A DNA stretch of 64,000 nucleotides, from assembly GCA_041657385.1 (NCBI GenBank), contig JBBABZ010000003.1, forward strand, positions 8,820 through 72,819, in the 5' to 3' direction. Origin of the DNA: Minisyncoccota bacterium (GTDB lineage: Bacteria > Patescibacteriota > Minisyncoccia > Minisyncoccales > JAQTVQ01). Below, one piece after another: positions 19,149 to 29,310 of this stretch (the first letter of the stretch is position 1; every line of letters begins with the position of its first letter). The notes beneath the pieces are model-generated. The model ran no database searches. It was not told the origin of the DNA and saw only the letters and a program-made list of their open reading frames with translations. A program made the position numbers and the translations under genes.

Positions 19149-19538
19149 ATGGCACGTATTGCAGGAGTTAACCTCCCAGAAAATAAACAAATAGAGATCG
19201 CCTTAACTTATATCTACGGAATAGGACGTGTTTTAAGTAAAAGAATTTTAGCGGAAGCCAAAATTCCGTGCAACAAACTTGCTAAAGATTTGGATCAGCA
19301 AGAAGTGGCTATTTTGAAAGATATTGTCGAGAAAAGACACAAAGTCGAGGGAGAACTGAGAAGATCGTTGATGATGAGCATCAAAAGGCTGAAAGATATC
19401 GGCAGCTACAGAGGCTACCGCCATATTAAAGGATTAACTTGCAGAGGGCAGACTACCAGGATCAACAGCCGCACCGTCAGGGGAAATGTCCGAAAGACAG
19501 TTGGTTCCGGCAGAAAAACCGCTTTAGCTCCGACCTAA
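19149..19538 (+). CDS. rpsM: 30S ribosomal protein S13 (uS13)
   Basis: MARIAGVNLP...YIYGIG signature. Confidence 0.97.
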   Translation: MARIAGVNLPENKQIEIALTYIYGIGRVLSKRILAEAKIPCNKLAKDLDQQEVAILKDIVEKRHKVEGELRRSLMMSIKRLKDIGSYRGYRHIKGLTCRGQTTRINSRTVRGNVRKTVGSGRKTALAPT

Positions 19539-19582
19539 TTTAAATTCCGTTTTTTGTTTAATTCCATTTATATTTAATTCCT

Positions 19583-20038
19583 ATGGGTAAAAAGAAAATA
19601 ATCACAACAAATCCCGAACAGCTTATCAAAGAAAAGGAGAATATCGACAAAGCTGTCGCAGCTGAAGCGCCCGTTGCGGTCAGACCCCAAGCAACCAGAG
19701 AGGGTAAGATTTGCATTTTTAGCTCTTACAATAATACGATCATTGTCTTAACTGACAGTTTCGGTAATGTTGTGGCTCAAAAAAGCGCGGGAGGCATCGG
19801 ATTCAAGGGAACCAAAAAATCAACTCCTTTTGCCGCTTCCAAGGTAGCCGAAGCTTTAGGGCAGATCGCCTCGAAAGTGGGAATTAAAAAAGTTTTTGTG
19901 GAGGTTAAAGGAATCGGTTCCGGCCGTGAATCCGCCTTAAGATCCATTGCTAACCAAGGTTTTGATATAGCCGGTATTAAAGACAACACGCCGATCCCTC
20001 ATAATGGATGCCGCGCTAAAAAACCAAGAAGATTATAG
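19583..20038 (+). CDS. rpsK: 30S ribosomal protein S11 (uS11)
   Basis: uS11 core with C-terminal PIPHNGCR. Confidence 0.97.
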   Translation: MGKKKIITTNPEQLIKEKENIDKAVAAEAPVAVRPQATREGKICIFSSYNNTIIVLTDSFGNVVAQKSAGGIGFKGTKKSTPFAASKVAEALGQIASKVGIKKVFVEVKGIGSGRESALRSIANQGFDIAGIKDNTPIPHNGCRAKKPRRL

Positions 20039-20068
20039 AATTTAATCGTCAAGCGACACAAAATTCCT

Positions 20069-20692
20069 ATGCAAGAATTAAAATGTAAAATTTGTAGAAG
20101 ATTGGGCTTAAAACTTTTTTTGAAAGGCGATCGTTGTTATTCCGTCAAATGCGCTATGATCAAAAGGCCATACGCTCCCGGTTTAAAAGGCAAAAGAAGA
20201 ACTTCAGCTCCATCTGAATACGGAAAACAGCTCCACGAATCCCAGAAAGTGAAGAAATGGTATAAGATCAGCGAGTCCCAGTTTGGAAATTACGTCCAAG
20301 ATGTTTTGGAGCACAGAGAAGGAAGCCAGAATGTTGCGAACGTTCTTGTTCAAAAATTGGAAAAAAGGCTTGATAATGTTGTCTATAGGCTCGGTTTTGC
20401 CAGTTCCAGATCGCAAGCCAGACAATTAGTGAATCATGGACATTTTTTAGTGAACGGCAAGGATGTTGATATCCCTTCTTATCAGGTAAAAGTAGGAGAT
20501 AAGATTTCAATCAAGAAAGCGAATGACGGAGCTTTGAAAAATTTGGCAGTTTCGATCAAAAAATACAATGCTCCGGCTTGGATAGAACTCGACAAAGAAA
20601 AGCTGGAAGGAAATATTAAAAAAGATCCTATCTTGGAAGACGCCCAATTACCGGCCGAGATCACTACTATCTTTGAGTTTTATTCCAGATAG
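20069..20692 (+). CDS. rpsD: 30S ribosomal protein S4 (uS4)
   Basis: N-terminal zinc-ribbon-like CKICRRLG...CYSVKC and S4 domain. Confidence 0.95.
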   Translation: MQELKCKICRRLGLKLFLKGDRCYSVKCAMIKRPYAPGLKGKRRTSAPSEYGKQLHESQKVKKWYKISESQFGNYVQDVLEHREGSQNVANVLVQKLEKRLDNVVYRLGFASSRSQARQLVNHGHFLVNGKDVDIPSYQVKVGDKISIKKANDGALKNLAVSIKKYNAPAWIELDKEKLEGNIKKDPILEDAQLPAEITTIFEFYSR

Positions 20693-20771
20693 TCAATAGT
20701 TAAAAACTAAAATAAAAATATAAACAAAAATGCCTCGGCTCTTCTTTGAGCAGAGGCGGACAAGCAAAATT

Positions 20772-21752
20772 ATGATCCCCTTGCCTCAATCGTTCAAAGT
20801 TAAAAAAATCAAGGACAATCATGCTTCTTTCGAAATGGAAGGATTTTGGCCTGGTTACGGCAGTACTTTGGGAAACGCTTTAAGGCGCGTGCTTTTGTCT
20901 TCTTTGGAGGGAGCCGCTGTTACCGAGGTTAAGATCCAGGGAGTTTCCCACGAATTTTCCACCATCCCGGGAGTTTCCGAAGATGTATTGCAGATTTTGA
21001 TGAACTTGAAGAGGCTAAGATTCAAAAGCTTTACCAACGAACCGCAAAAAGTCACTTTGAGCGTTCAGGGAGAAAAAGAAGCCAAGGGGTCGGATATCAG
21101 GCTTTCTCCGCAAGTTGAGCTGGCGAATCCGGAAATGGTCATTGCCACGATCAATGATAAAAAAGCCAGCTTGGAGATGGAATTGCAGATCGAAAGAGGA
21201 GTAGGCTATGTTTCCCAAGAATTGATCAAAAATAAAAAACCGGAGATCGGCGTCATTGCTTTGGATGCTATTTTCACTCCGATCAAGAGCGTTAACTATA
21301 AAGTGGAGAATATGCGCGTAGGAGGCAGAACTGATTTTGATAAACTTGAAGTAGAAGTCGAAACCGACGGCACTATTGATCCAGAAACCGCTTTTGCCCA
21401 AGCTCTTGATATTTTGCTTGGACAGATGCAATTTATTAAAGAAAATTTGAATCCGGTAGAACCCAAGATCATTCCAGCCGAGCCGGTTGAAGAAAAAACA
21501 GAGAAAGCCGCGGAAGAAAAGATCGAAGCCAAAAAAGAACCAGTTGTTTCCGCTGTTGCCGATAAAGATCTAAGCGAGTTGAAAATTTCCAGCCGCACTT
21601 TGAATGTTTTGACCGATCACAAGATCAAAACAGTCGCCGGATTAACTTCCAAAACCGCCGAAGATATTGCTAATTTGAAAGGCATGGGAGAAAAAGGTAT
21701 GAAAGAAATAAGAAAGGCCTTAAAGAAAATGGACCTGGACTTTAAACTGTAA
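20772..21752 (+). CDS. rpoA: DNA-directed RNA polymerase subunit alpha
   Basis: GYGSTLGNALRRVLLSSLEGAAVT motif plus C-terminal domain. Start chosen at MIPLPQ (20772), inside ORF 20730. Confidence 0.95.
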   Translation: MIPLPQSFKVKKIKDNHASFEMEGFWPGYGSTLGNALRRVLLSSLEGAAVTEVKIQGVSHEFSTIPGVSEDVLQILMNLKRLRFKSFTNEPQKVTLSVQGEKEAKGSDIRLSPQVELANPEMVIATINDKKASLEMELQIERGVGYVSQELIKNKKPEIGVIALDAIFTPIKSVNYKVENMRVGGRTDFDKLEVEVETDGTIDPETAFAQALDILLGQMQFIKENLNPVEPKIIPAEPVEEKTEKAAEEKIEAKKEPVVSAVADKDLSELKISSRTLNVLTDHKIKTVAGLTSKTAEDIANLKGMGEKGMKEIRKALKKMDLDFKL

Positions 21753-21785
21753 ATTGGAGCCATTATAAATTAAACCAAAAGAAAG

Positions 21786-22136
21786 ATGCGAAATCTAATC
21801 AAAGGCAGAAAATTTCATAGGGAAAAAGCGCAAAGAGAAGCTATGTTCAAAACAATGGCCACTTCTTTGATTTTGAAAGAAAAGATCAAAACAGGTGAAG
21901 CCAAAGCCAAAGAATTAGCCGGTTATGTGGAAAAGAAGATCACTCATGCCAAAAAAGGCGATTTGGCCGCCACTCGTTATCTGGCCAGATTTTTTTGCGC
22001 GAAAGCGGTCGCCAAATTGGTAAAAGAGATCGGTCCGAAATACAAAGATCGCACCGGCGGATACACCAGCATTACCAAGCTAGGTCCCAGAAAAACAGAT
22101 GGAGCCAAAATGGCGGTAATTGAATTAGTTAAATAA
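21786..22136 (+). CDS. rplQ: 50S ribosomal protein L17 (bL17)
   Basis: bL17 family, in conserved position after rpoA. Confidence 0.95.
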   Translation: MRNLIKGRKFHREKAQREAMFKTMATSLILKEKIKTGEAKAKELAGYVEKKITHAKKGDLAATRYLARFFCAKAVAKLVKEIGPKYKDRTGGYTSITKLGPRKTDGAKMAVIELVK

Positions 22137-22152
22137 ATAAAATTTTTAAAAT

Positions 22153-22503
22153 ATGGAAGCAAGACAAACCCACATTATTGACGCCGCCGACAAGCCCTTG
22201 GGAAGGTTAGCGACGGAATTAGTTATCCTTTTAAGAGGCAAGCAAAAACAAACCTTTGCTCCGAACAAAGATTGTGGCGATTTTGTAGTGGTTAAGAATA
22301 TCAAAAAAGTTTTTTTCAGCGGGGACAAACTTAACCAAAAGAAATATTTTATTCACACAGGATATATCGGCAACGATAGAGAACAAGCTATGTCCGAAGT
22401 TTTTACAAAGAATCCCGGGGAAGTTTTAAAGAGGGCCGTTTCCGGAATGATGCCTAAAAATAAATTAAGACCGATCCAGATTAAAAGACTTAAGGTCCAA
22501 TAA
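22153..22503 (+). CDS. rplM: 50S ribosomal protein L13 (uL13)
   Basis: uL13 N-terminal signature (THIIDAADKPLGRLAT). Confidence 0.95.
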   Translation: MEARQTHIIDAADKPLGRLATELVILLRGKQKQTFAPNKDCGDFVVVKNIKKVFFSGDKLNQKKYFIHTGYIGNDREQAMSEVFTKNPGEVLKRAVSGMMPKNKLRPIQIKRLKVQ

Positions 22504-22526
22504 GAATTTTTGCGAGCAATATCAAT

Positions 22527-23162
22527 ATGCCAACAACTAAATCAAAAGAAACAACAACTAAAAAGAAAGTTCCGGCCAAAAAAGAGGAAACTGTAAAAAG
22601 GGTTGCCAAAAAAGAAGCCGTCGTTGAAGAAAAAAAGATAGCCGCTCCAGTCGTTGAAGTGATTATTGAACCGGTTATCGAACCGGTTGTTGAGCCGGAA
22701 GTTGTTGAAATGTCAGGTACTTCAGTGATCATTGACGGTGAAGAGTTTGCCACTGAGCCGACCGATAAAAATGCCAAGTATTTCGCTGGAGTCGGACGCA
22801 GAAAAACCGCTTCCGCCCGCGCTTTGCTGTTCACTCGCGGAATCAAAGAATTCATTGTTAATGGAAAAGACTATAAACAATATTTCCAAACTTTTGATTT
22901 GCAGCAAAAAGCCCTCGGATCGTTGAATAAAATGAAATCGTTGGAAAGATTTCGAGTGATGGTCAAAGTCCAAGGGGGAGGCCTTACCGGCCAAGCCGAA
23001 GCCATCAGATTGGCAATTGCCAGAGCTTTGATAGACTTCAGCGTTGATTACAGAAAGAGGTTAAAGAAAGCCGGATTTTTGACCAGAGATTCCAGAAGAA
23101 AAGAAAGAAAAAAACCGGGATTGAAGGGAGCTCGCAGAGCACCGCAATTCAGCAAGCGTTAA
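22527..23162 (+). CDS. rpsI: 30S ribosomal protein S9 (uS9) with ~80-aa K/E/V-rich N-terminal extension
   Basis: C-terminal 130 aa is canonical uS9 (GGGLTGQAEAIRLAIARAL ... RKKPGLKGARRAPQFSKR). The N-terminus contains VIEPVIEPVVEPEVVE repeats. Confidence 0.9.
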   Translation: MPTTKSKETTTKKKVPAKKEETVKRVAKKEAVVEEKKIAAPVVEVIIEPVIEPVVEPEVVEMSGTSVIIDGEEFATEPTDKNAKYFAGVGRRKTASARALLFTRGIKEFIVNGKDYKQYFQTFDLQQKALGSLNKMKSLERFRVMVKVQGGGLTGQAEAIRLAIARALIDFSVDYRKRLKKAGFLTRDSRRKERKKPGLKGARRAPQFSKR

Positions 23163-23186
23163 AACCAAAATATATTACACAAAAAG

Positions 23187-23210
23187 CGCACCCCTCGGTG
23201 CGTTTTTTGT
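23187..23210 (+). terminator. rho-independent terminator after rpsI
   Basis: Stem GCGCACC pairs with GGTGCGT, followed by T6. Confidence 0.65.
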
Positions 23211-23239
23211 TGACAAAAACAGATAGATATTGTATATTT
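23211..23239 (+). promoter_or_regulatory. sigma70-type promoter (-35 TTGACA, 17 nt, -10 TATATT) followed by a structured 5' leader
   Basis: Hexamers at 23211-23216 and 23234-23239. Downstream nested inverted repeats TTATTAG/CTAATAA, GACAGC/GCTGTC and GTCGGCCT/AGGCCGAC lie at 23252-23300. Confidence 0.45.
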
Positions 23240-23316
23240 AATTTCATTGCCAGCACTTATTAGTCTGACAGCCTAACGCTGTCGGCCTAATAAGGGTAGG
23301 CCGACGCACATTTAAA

Positions 23317-23730
23317 ATGTCTTTTTGGGATTTTTGCCAATTTATTTTCTTCGTCGTTGTAGTATCTTTTGGTTGTATACTAATGGCTACAATATATGAA
23401 TATATTGATTTGAGAGAAGGCGTAATGTCTGGGACTCCTTTGATTACCGGTTTATATGCTTCAAAGGGGGGTTCTAGCATCAATTTTGCTGAAAACAACT
23501 TCGAGGAAAATAACGGCAGTCGAGGAACGTGGTCTCAATACAAAGAAGAGATCGAGTTAGTCAGAATCGACGGAAATAAAAAAAGCTTTTGCGTATTTTT
23601 TAATTCCGAAAGATTGATAGAAATTACGGATAAATGTAAATGCGAGATGATGACTTTAGCGATCGAAGGCTGTATGAAAAACAGTTATTACAGGCTTTCC
23701 GCGCTTCCCGCTGTTCCTATCCAGCAGTAG
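23317..23730 (+). CDS. hypothetical small membrane-anchored Cys-containing protein
   Basis: 137 aa with an N-terminal TM helix. It has its own promoter and terminator. Confidence 0.5.
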   Translation: MSFWDFCQFIFFVVVVSFGCILMATIYEYIDLREGVMSGTPLITGLYASKGGSSINFAENNFEENNGSRGTWSQYKEEIELVRIDGNKKSFCVFFNSERLIEITDKCKCEMMTLAIEGCMKNSYYRLSALPAVPIQQ

Positions 23731-23745
23731 TAGTATTTCGTATCA

Positions 23746-23803
23746 AAACGCACAACCCTTAGTGCGTTTTTTGTTTTGCCCCTGCCTACCGGCAGGCAGG
23801 GGC
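23746..23803. terminator. bidirectional terminator region (two hairpins) between convergent genes
   Basis: ACGCAC pairs with GTGCGT, followed by T6 (23746-23774). A GC-rich hairpin GCCCCTGCC...GGCAGGGGC lies at 23778-23803. Confidence 0.6.
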
Positions 23804-23843
23804 CGTAGCTTGTAAAGCGGAGGCGGGGGTCTCTACGACAAGG

Positions 23844-25253
23844 TTATAGTCCTAACCCTGTCGGTAAAAGTTTGTCCGAGGCGAAGAGCGAGCCGTTGCT
23901 CAAAGCGTAAAGTTTTTTGTTTTTTTGGCAGAACCAAACTTTAGGATCGGCGAGCTGGCCGATATTGTAAGTGTTAAGATTGGAACGGGTATCGATCTCG
24001 CTTAAAGTTATTTGGCCGGCGTTGGCAAAGGCGAAATAATCGTCCTCGATCCAATCCGAACTCTGGACCGGCTGGCTGAAGCGCGAGATAAAAATTTTAG
24101 ATCCGGCGGTTTCCTGGAAAGGAACATCAATTTTTTTAAGCAAATAGACCTCGATCTCATTTTGCATTTGGCAAAGAAGCTTATCTCCGAAAGGAGACAG
24201 CTTTATGCTTTTTACGCCGTCAAAGATCTTCTCAAGGCCTTTGCTTTTTTCATCCAAGGCATAAAGGCTTTCATCTTCCTTTAAAAATGGACTTCCCTCA
24301 AAAACCATTAGTTCGTAAGCCGGACTTTTTTTAAAATTGAATAATTTTTCCGTTAGTTCCTGGGTCGGAAAATTTTTATTTTGGTCTATTTTTAGAGTTT
24401 TTCCTTCCTGGGTCAAAAGATAAAAGTAGCCGTTGTCCAATGTAAAAGTCTTGATCTTGTCTTTCAAAAATTGGGCGGGCAGATCGTCGGAATTAAGAGA
24501 TTTTTTCAAAATAAAGCCTTCTTCCTGCCAAAAGAACAATTCTTCTCCAAAGGAGCTGGCCAAAAAGATATTTTCAGACTTCTTGCTTAAAAAATCGAGT
24601 TTTTGCGCGGACGGATCGTCGGTTTTCAGATCAGCAAAAAAGTAATTTTCTTTCAGGGTTTTTTTATTTTTTAAATATAGCAGCAAATATTGGGAGCCGA
24701 CAGTCCTTAATTCAAGCAATTCGTATCCGGCCAAGAAAAGATCGAGTTTTTTTAGCTCCGTTTCTTTTTCGCGCCCAAGATCATAGATCGATATTCTTTT
24801 TAATTGGTTCGATCCGGTCGAGTTTTGCAAAATAATTTTTTCGCCGTCTAGCGGATAAAAATTTTCAATGTTCGATTTGACTTCGGCAAAAGAAATTTTT
24901 TCTGGGAAAAGAATGATGTTTTTTGCTTCAGCCACTTTGGTTTCTTTGACTTCCAAATTTTTAGACCAAGAAGAATATCCTTCTTTTTCTATCGTGACAT
25001 TGTATTCTTTGGGCAATAAACCTTGGACGAAAAGATAGTCATTGATAGGCTGGGTTCGGCCGATCAATTTTTGATTCAAGATGACTTTGGCGTTAGACGG
25101 AGAAACTTTGACAAATATCCCTCCGGTTTTTAAGAATTTTAAATTTTTGAGATCAAAGCGGTATCCTTGGGCGTAAAAAACGGCGCTTATCGCTCCTAAA
25201 GCGAATAGGACAGACAAAATTAAAAAGAGAAAAGTTCGCGTTGTTTTGGTCAT
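23844..25253 (-). CDS. hypothetical PEGA-domain-like membrane-anchored protein
   Basis: The only large minus-strand gene in the core region. N-terminal TM helix, then a PEGA-like segment (VKVSPSNAKVILNQKLIGRT ... YNVTIEKEGY). Confidence 0.5.
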   Translation of the reverse strand: MTKTTRTFLFLILSVLFALGAISAVFYAQGYRFDLKNLKFLKTGGIFVKVSPSNAKVILNQKLIGRTQPINDYLFVQGLLPKEYNVTIEKEGYSSWSKNLEVKETKVAEAKNIILFPEKISFAEVKSNIENFYPLDGEKIILQNSTGSNQLKRISIYDLGREKETELKKLDLFLAGYELLELRTVGSQYLLLYLKNKKTLKENYFFADLKTDDPSAQKLDFLSKKSENIFLASSFGEELFFWQEEGFILKKSLNSDDLPAQFLKDKIKTFTLDNGYFYLLTQEGKTLKIDQNKNFPTQELTEKLFNFKKSPAYELMVFEGSPFLKEDESLYALDEKSKGLEKIFDGVKSIKLSPFGDKLLCQMQNEIEVYLLKKIDVPFQETAGSKIFISRFSQPVQSSDWIEDDYFAFANAGQITLSEIDTRSNLNTYNIGQLADPKVWFCQKNKKLYALSNGSLFASDKLLPTGLGL

Positions 25254-25319
25254 TTTGCGCTATTATAGCCTAATTTTTCGGGCTTGCCAACCCAAAAAAA
25301 TTAAGTTAAGATACCCGTA

Positions 25320-26585
25320 ATGGAAGAGAAATTCGTTATAAAAGGAGGCAAATATCTGTCAGGGGAAGTAGAAATAGGGGGTTATAAAAATGCGGCCGGA
25401 CCGGCGTTGGCCGCAGCCTTATTGACGGAAGAAGAATGCCGGCTGTCCAATATGCCGTTAGTGGAAGATGTTTTCCGGCTTGTTGAAGTTTTGAAGGGAA
25501 TGGGAGCGGAAATTTCATGGGTAGGCAAAAATGAATTAAAAATAAAAGCCGGATCTAATCTTGATCCGAATAAGATCGATCCGTTGTTGGTCAGTAAATC
25601 CCGCATATCCGTTCTGCTTATAGGAGCTTTGGCTGCCCGCTTTAAAGAGTTCAAGATCGCTCATCCGGGCGGCGATCGGATCGGCTTAAGGCCGATTTTT
25701 ACGCATCTCAAAGCGTTAGAAGCTTTGGGGGTAAGATCTTTCGCCGAAGATAATTTTTATCATTTCAAAAGAGAAGAGTTAAAAGGGGCAGAAGTTATTT
25801 TGAAGGAATTTTCCGTGACTGCCACCGAGAATTTGATTTTGGCCGCGGTTTTAGCCGAAGGAACTACCGTTATCAAAATTGCGGCTGCCGAACCTCAAGT
25901 CCAGGATCTTTGCTTCCAGCTTGTTCAGATGGGAGCTAAGATCGAAGGGATCGGCACTCATACTTTAAAAATAGAAGGGCAGAAAAAGCTTTCGGGAGTC
26001 AACTATCGCATCATTCCCGATGTTAATGAATCCGCAACTTTTATTGCCGCTAGCGTTTTTACTAAAGATAAAGTCAAGGTCATTAATGCTCTGCCGGATC
26101 ATCTAGATCTGTTCTTGGATAAATTGCAAGAAATGGGAGTTAATTTAAAAAAGGGAAAAGACTTTGTGGAGGTTTACGCTTCCCCCGATTTGCGTGCTGT
26201 GCGCATTCAAGCTTTGCCTTTCCCGGGTTTTGCCACTGATTTTTTACCCGTAACTTTGCCGCTTCTAACCCAAGCTGTCGGGAAAAGCTTGATCCATGAT
26301 CCTCTTTACGAAAACAGGCTTAACTATACTCAAGAGCTTAAAAAGATGGGAGCGGATATTGAAATAGTCGATCCCCACCGCGTTATTGTTTTTGGCAAGA
26401 CCCCTTTGAGCGGGGTTGATATCGAAAGCTGGGACATCAGAGCTGGCGCCTCGCTTGTCATTGCCGGGCTTTTCGCCAAAGGCACGACCGTAGTGAAGAA
26501 TATTTATCAGATCGACCGCGGCTATGAAAAAATGGAAGAAAAACTCCAAAAGATGGGAGCGGATATTAAAAGGATTAAAGTTTAG
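25320..26585 (+). CDS. murA: UDP-N-acetylglucosamine 1-carboxyvinyltransferase
   Basis: 421 aa EPSP-synthase-fold MurA (KNAAGPALAAALL, catalytic loop region). Confidence 0.95.
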   Translation: MEEKFVIKGGKYLSGEVEIGGYKNAAGPALAAALLTEEECRLSNMPLVEDVFRLVEVLKGMGAEISWVGKNELKIKAGSNLDPNKIDPLLVSKSRISVLLIGALAARFKEFKIAHPGGDRIGLRPIFTHLKALEALGVRSFAEDNFYHFKREELKGAEVILKEFSVTATENLILAAVLAEGTTVIKIAAAEPQVQDLCFQLVQMGAKIEGIGTHTLKIEGQKKLSGVNYRIIPDVNESATFIAASVFTKDKVKVINALPDHLDLFLDKLQEMGVNLKKGKDFVEVYASPDLRAVRIQALPFPGFATDFLPVTLPLLTQAVGKSLIHDPLYENRLNYTQELKKMGADIEIVDPHRVIVFGKTPLSGVDIESWDIRAGASLVIAGLFAKGTTVVKNIYQIDRGYEKMEEKLQKMGADIKRIKV

Positions 26586-26595
26586 AAAAAAATAT

Positions 26596-27600
26596 ATGAA
26601 AATAGGCATCGATCTAGGAACAAAAAATTCATTGGTTTTTTTACCAAAAAAGGGGGTGGTTTTGGACGAGCCTTCGGTGATCGCTGTTTCTCTTAGCGAG
26701 AATAAGATTTTAGCTGTAGGCAAGGACGCCAAAGAAATGATCGGCCGCACTCCGGACAGCATTCAAGTTTTCCGTCCATTGAAAGACGGCGTGATCGCCG
26801 ATCACCGTATTACCCAAGCGATGTTGAGGCATTTTATCAAGAAAGCTTGCACTGGGTTCCATCGTTTTATAAAGCCGGAACTTTTGATCGGCGTGCCGGT
26901 CGGCATTACTTCAACTGAAAGGAGGGCGGTTATTGAAGCCGGTATTCTGGCCGGAGCCAAAGAAGTTTTTATTGCTAAAGAGCCTATCTTGTCGGCTATC
27001 GGCGCGGGCATCCCGATCAACTCTTGCTCAGGCCATCTGATCTTGGATATGGGCGGAGGAACTTCCGAAGTGGCTGTGATCTCTTTGGGCGGGATCGTTT
27101 CCGGCCGTTCTATCCGCATTGCCGGCGACGAGCTCGATGAAGCGATCGCCCAATATATCAAAGACAAATATAATTTAGCCATTGGCGACCAAACAGCTGA
27201 AGAATCAAAAATAAAGATCGGTACCGCGGTCAACGAAAAAGATCCCAGGTTTTTGGAGATCCGCGGACGGGATCTTATTTTGGGATTGCCTAAGACGATA
27301 AAAGTTTCTTCAAATGAAATTTGCACCGCCATAGAGGATCCGCTAGAAGAGATCGTCCAGTGCGTGAAAGATGTTCTAAGGGAGACTCCGCCGGAATTGG
27401 CAGCCGATATCATGAATACTGGAATGGTTATGGCCGGAGGAGGGGCTTTAATACGCAATATCTCCATCCTGATCTCCCAATCGATCGGCGTGCCTTGTTT
27501 TGTTGCCGATGATCCTTTACGCTGCGTGGCGAAGGGAGCCGGACTAATGCTGGATAATCTTGATCTTTATAAGCGCAGCGTGATGACTAAAAAGATTTAA
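26596..27600 (+). CDS. mreB: rod shape-determining protein MreB (actin-like ATPase)
   Basis: MKIGIDLGTKNSLVF..., DMGGGTSEVAVISLGG, MAGGGALIRN. Start chosen at ATG 26596. Confidence 0.9.
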   Translation: MKIGIDLGTKNSLVFLPKKGVVLDEPSVIAVSLSENKILAVGKDAKEMIGRTPDSIQVFRPLKDGVIADHRITQAMLRHFIKKACTGFHRFIKPELLIGVPVGITSTERRAVIEAGILAGAKEVFIAKEPILSAIGAGIPINSCSGHLILDMGGGTSEVAVISLGGIVSGRSIRIAGDELDEAIAQYIKDKYNLAIGDQTAEESKIKIGTAVNEKDPRFLEIRGRDLILGLPKTIKVSSNEICTAIEDPLEEIVQCVKDVLRETPPELAADIMNTGMVMAGGGALIRNISILISQSIGVPCFVADDPLRCVAKGAGLMLDNLDLYKRSVMTKKI

Positions 27601-27627
27601 TTTTTTTCGAACTTAAGTTTTACAATT

Positions 27628-28536
27628 ATGCTGGTTGGCCTTCAAAAACAATGGCATATTTTAAGAATAATGGCTGATGCGGAAAAGCTGCCGCACGCGC
27701 TTTTGCTTTCCGGACCGGATAAGATCGGCAAAAAAACTTTAGCCTTGGAATTGGTTAAATTTATTTTTTGCCAAGAAGAAAATAAGCTAGACGGGTTCGC
27801 CTGCGGAAAATGCCGCGCTTGCCTTGATGTTGAAAAAAAGACCCACCCCGATCTCGCCATGATCCTGCCCGAAGAAGGGTCCATCAAAATAGCGCAGATA
27901 AGAGATCTGGAATGGCGCCTTTCGTTAAAGCCTTATAGTGCTAAAATAAAAGTAGGGATCATCGATGACGCCCATCTTATACTGCCCGATGCCCAAAACA
28001 GCTTATTGAAAACCTTGGAAGAGCCAAAAGGAAAAACACTTTTGATCTTGGTCTCTTCCAATCCGCAGATGCTTTTGAAAACGGTTTTTTCAAGAGTCCA
28101 AACAATGAAATTTTTTTTGGCTTCCGATAAGGAGATCAGAGAAAGTCTTATTGATCTGGGCGCGGGCAAAGAGAAAGCCGAAAAAATTGCGAAATTTTCT
28201 TTAGGGAGGCCAGGCCAGGCCATAGATTTTTTAAGAGTCCCGGAAAAATTTTCAGCTCGGGAAGAAATTTTGGCGGAGATAGAAAAAATTATCAAGGCCA
28301 AAATTCCGGAAAGATTCAGTTATGTTAAAAAAATAACAGATGCTCCCGAGAGCACAAATGAAATATTGGCTTTGTGGGAGAGGCAATTAAGGGATATGCT
28401 GATCGCTGATCCGAAAGCCCCATCCAGCTTTGTCCAGTCGATTAAAAACTTGGAAGAAACGGTCCATTTAATTAAAACGACCAATGTAAACCAAAGATTG
28501 GCTTTAGAAAATTTAATGTTGAATTTAAATATTTAG
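27628..28536 (+). CDS. holB: DNA polymerase III subunit delta'
   Basis: AAA+ clamp-loader fold with degenerate P-loop (GPDKIGKKTLA), zinc module CGKCRAC, and SRV motif. Confidence 0.8.
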   Translation: MLVGLQKQWHILRIMADAEKLPHALLLSGPDKIGKKTLALELVKFIFCQEENKLDGFACGKCRACLDVEKKTHPDLAMILPEEGSIKIAQIRDLEWRLSLKPYSAKIKVGIIDDAHLILPDAQNSLLKTLEEPKGKTLLILVSSNPQMLLKTVFSRVQTMKFFLASDKEIRESLIDLGAGKEKAEKIAKFSLGRPGQAIDFLRVPEKFSAREEILAEIEKIIKAKIPERFSYVKKITDAPESTNEILALWERQLRDMLIADPKAPSSFVQSIKNLEETVHLIKTTNVNQRLALENLMLNLNI

Positions 28537-28620
28537 TCTGTCTGGCTGCGCCAGACAGCCGCCTAATTAATTTCGCAGGTTAAAAGCCCAAGAAAAAAAT
28601 TGGCGGAAATAAAATAATAT

Positions 28621-29181
28621 ATGATGACATACAAACAAATCATAGACTCGATTAAGCCGGAATTGATAAAAGTGGTTGATTTCACCCAGAAAAAATTATC
28701 GTCTATCCGCACCGGACGCGCGAGTCCCGTTCTGGTTGAAAATATCCAGGTTGAAATTTTTGGGGAGAAGATGCCCGTTAAGCAATTAGGCGCTATTTCT
28801 ATTCTAAACGCCCAGCAGCTTCTGATCCAATGCTGGGATACCTCTTATATGGATCCGATACAAAGAGCTATTCTTGAACACGGATCGGGGATGGGATGCT
28901 CGGTTGACCAAGACGGAGTGAAAGTTAATTTGCCGCCTCTTTCCTCTGACCTTCGTAAGGAGTTAGTTAAAGTTCTCTCCCAAACCGAAGAAGAAGGAAA
29001 TAAGACGATCAGGCGTTTCCGCGATGAAGCTTGGTCTACTTTACAGAGAGAGCAAAGAGAGGGAAACATCCGCGAGGACGACAAATTCAAAGGCAAAGAC
29101 GATCTGCAAAAACTGGTGGACGAATACAGCAAAAAGATCGGAGACCTGATCAAGATCAAACAAAAAGAGCTGGAAGAATAA
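28621..29181 (+). CDS. frr: ribosome recycling factor
   Basis: 186 aa RRF (LSSIRTGRASPVLVENIQVE ...). Confidence 0.95.
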   Translation: MMTYKQIIDSIKPELIKVVDFTQKKLSSIRTGRASPVLVENIQVEIFGEKMPVKQLGAISILNAQQLLIQCWDTSYMDPIQRAILEHGSGMGCSVDQDGVKVNLPPLSSDLRKELVKVLSQTEEEGNKTIRRFRDEAWSTLQREQREGNIREDDKFKGKDDLQKLVDEYSKKIGDLIKIKQKELEE

Positions 29182-29187
29182 CCGTGT

Positions 29188-29304
29188 AATTTTCAATTTT
29201 CAATTTTTAATTTTCATTCAATTTTCAATTTTATAATTTTCAAACCAATCCATTCCGGTAGTGCGGTTTAGAAATTAATCCGCCAGCAGGCGGAATTAGA
29301 AATT
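29188..29304 (+). repeat. intergenic repeat element copy A (AATTTTCAAT-rich tract + TCCGCCAGCAGGCGGA palindrome)
   Basis: ~85% identical to 33118..33212. Shares the motif ttttcattcaattttcaatttt ... atccgccagc(a/t)ggcggaattagaaatt. Confidence 0.6.
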
Positions 29305-29310
29305 CAAGTC

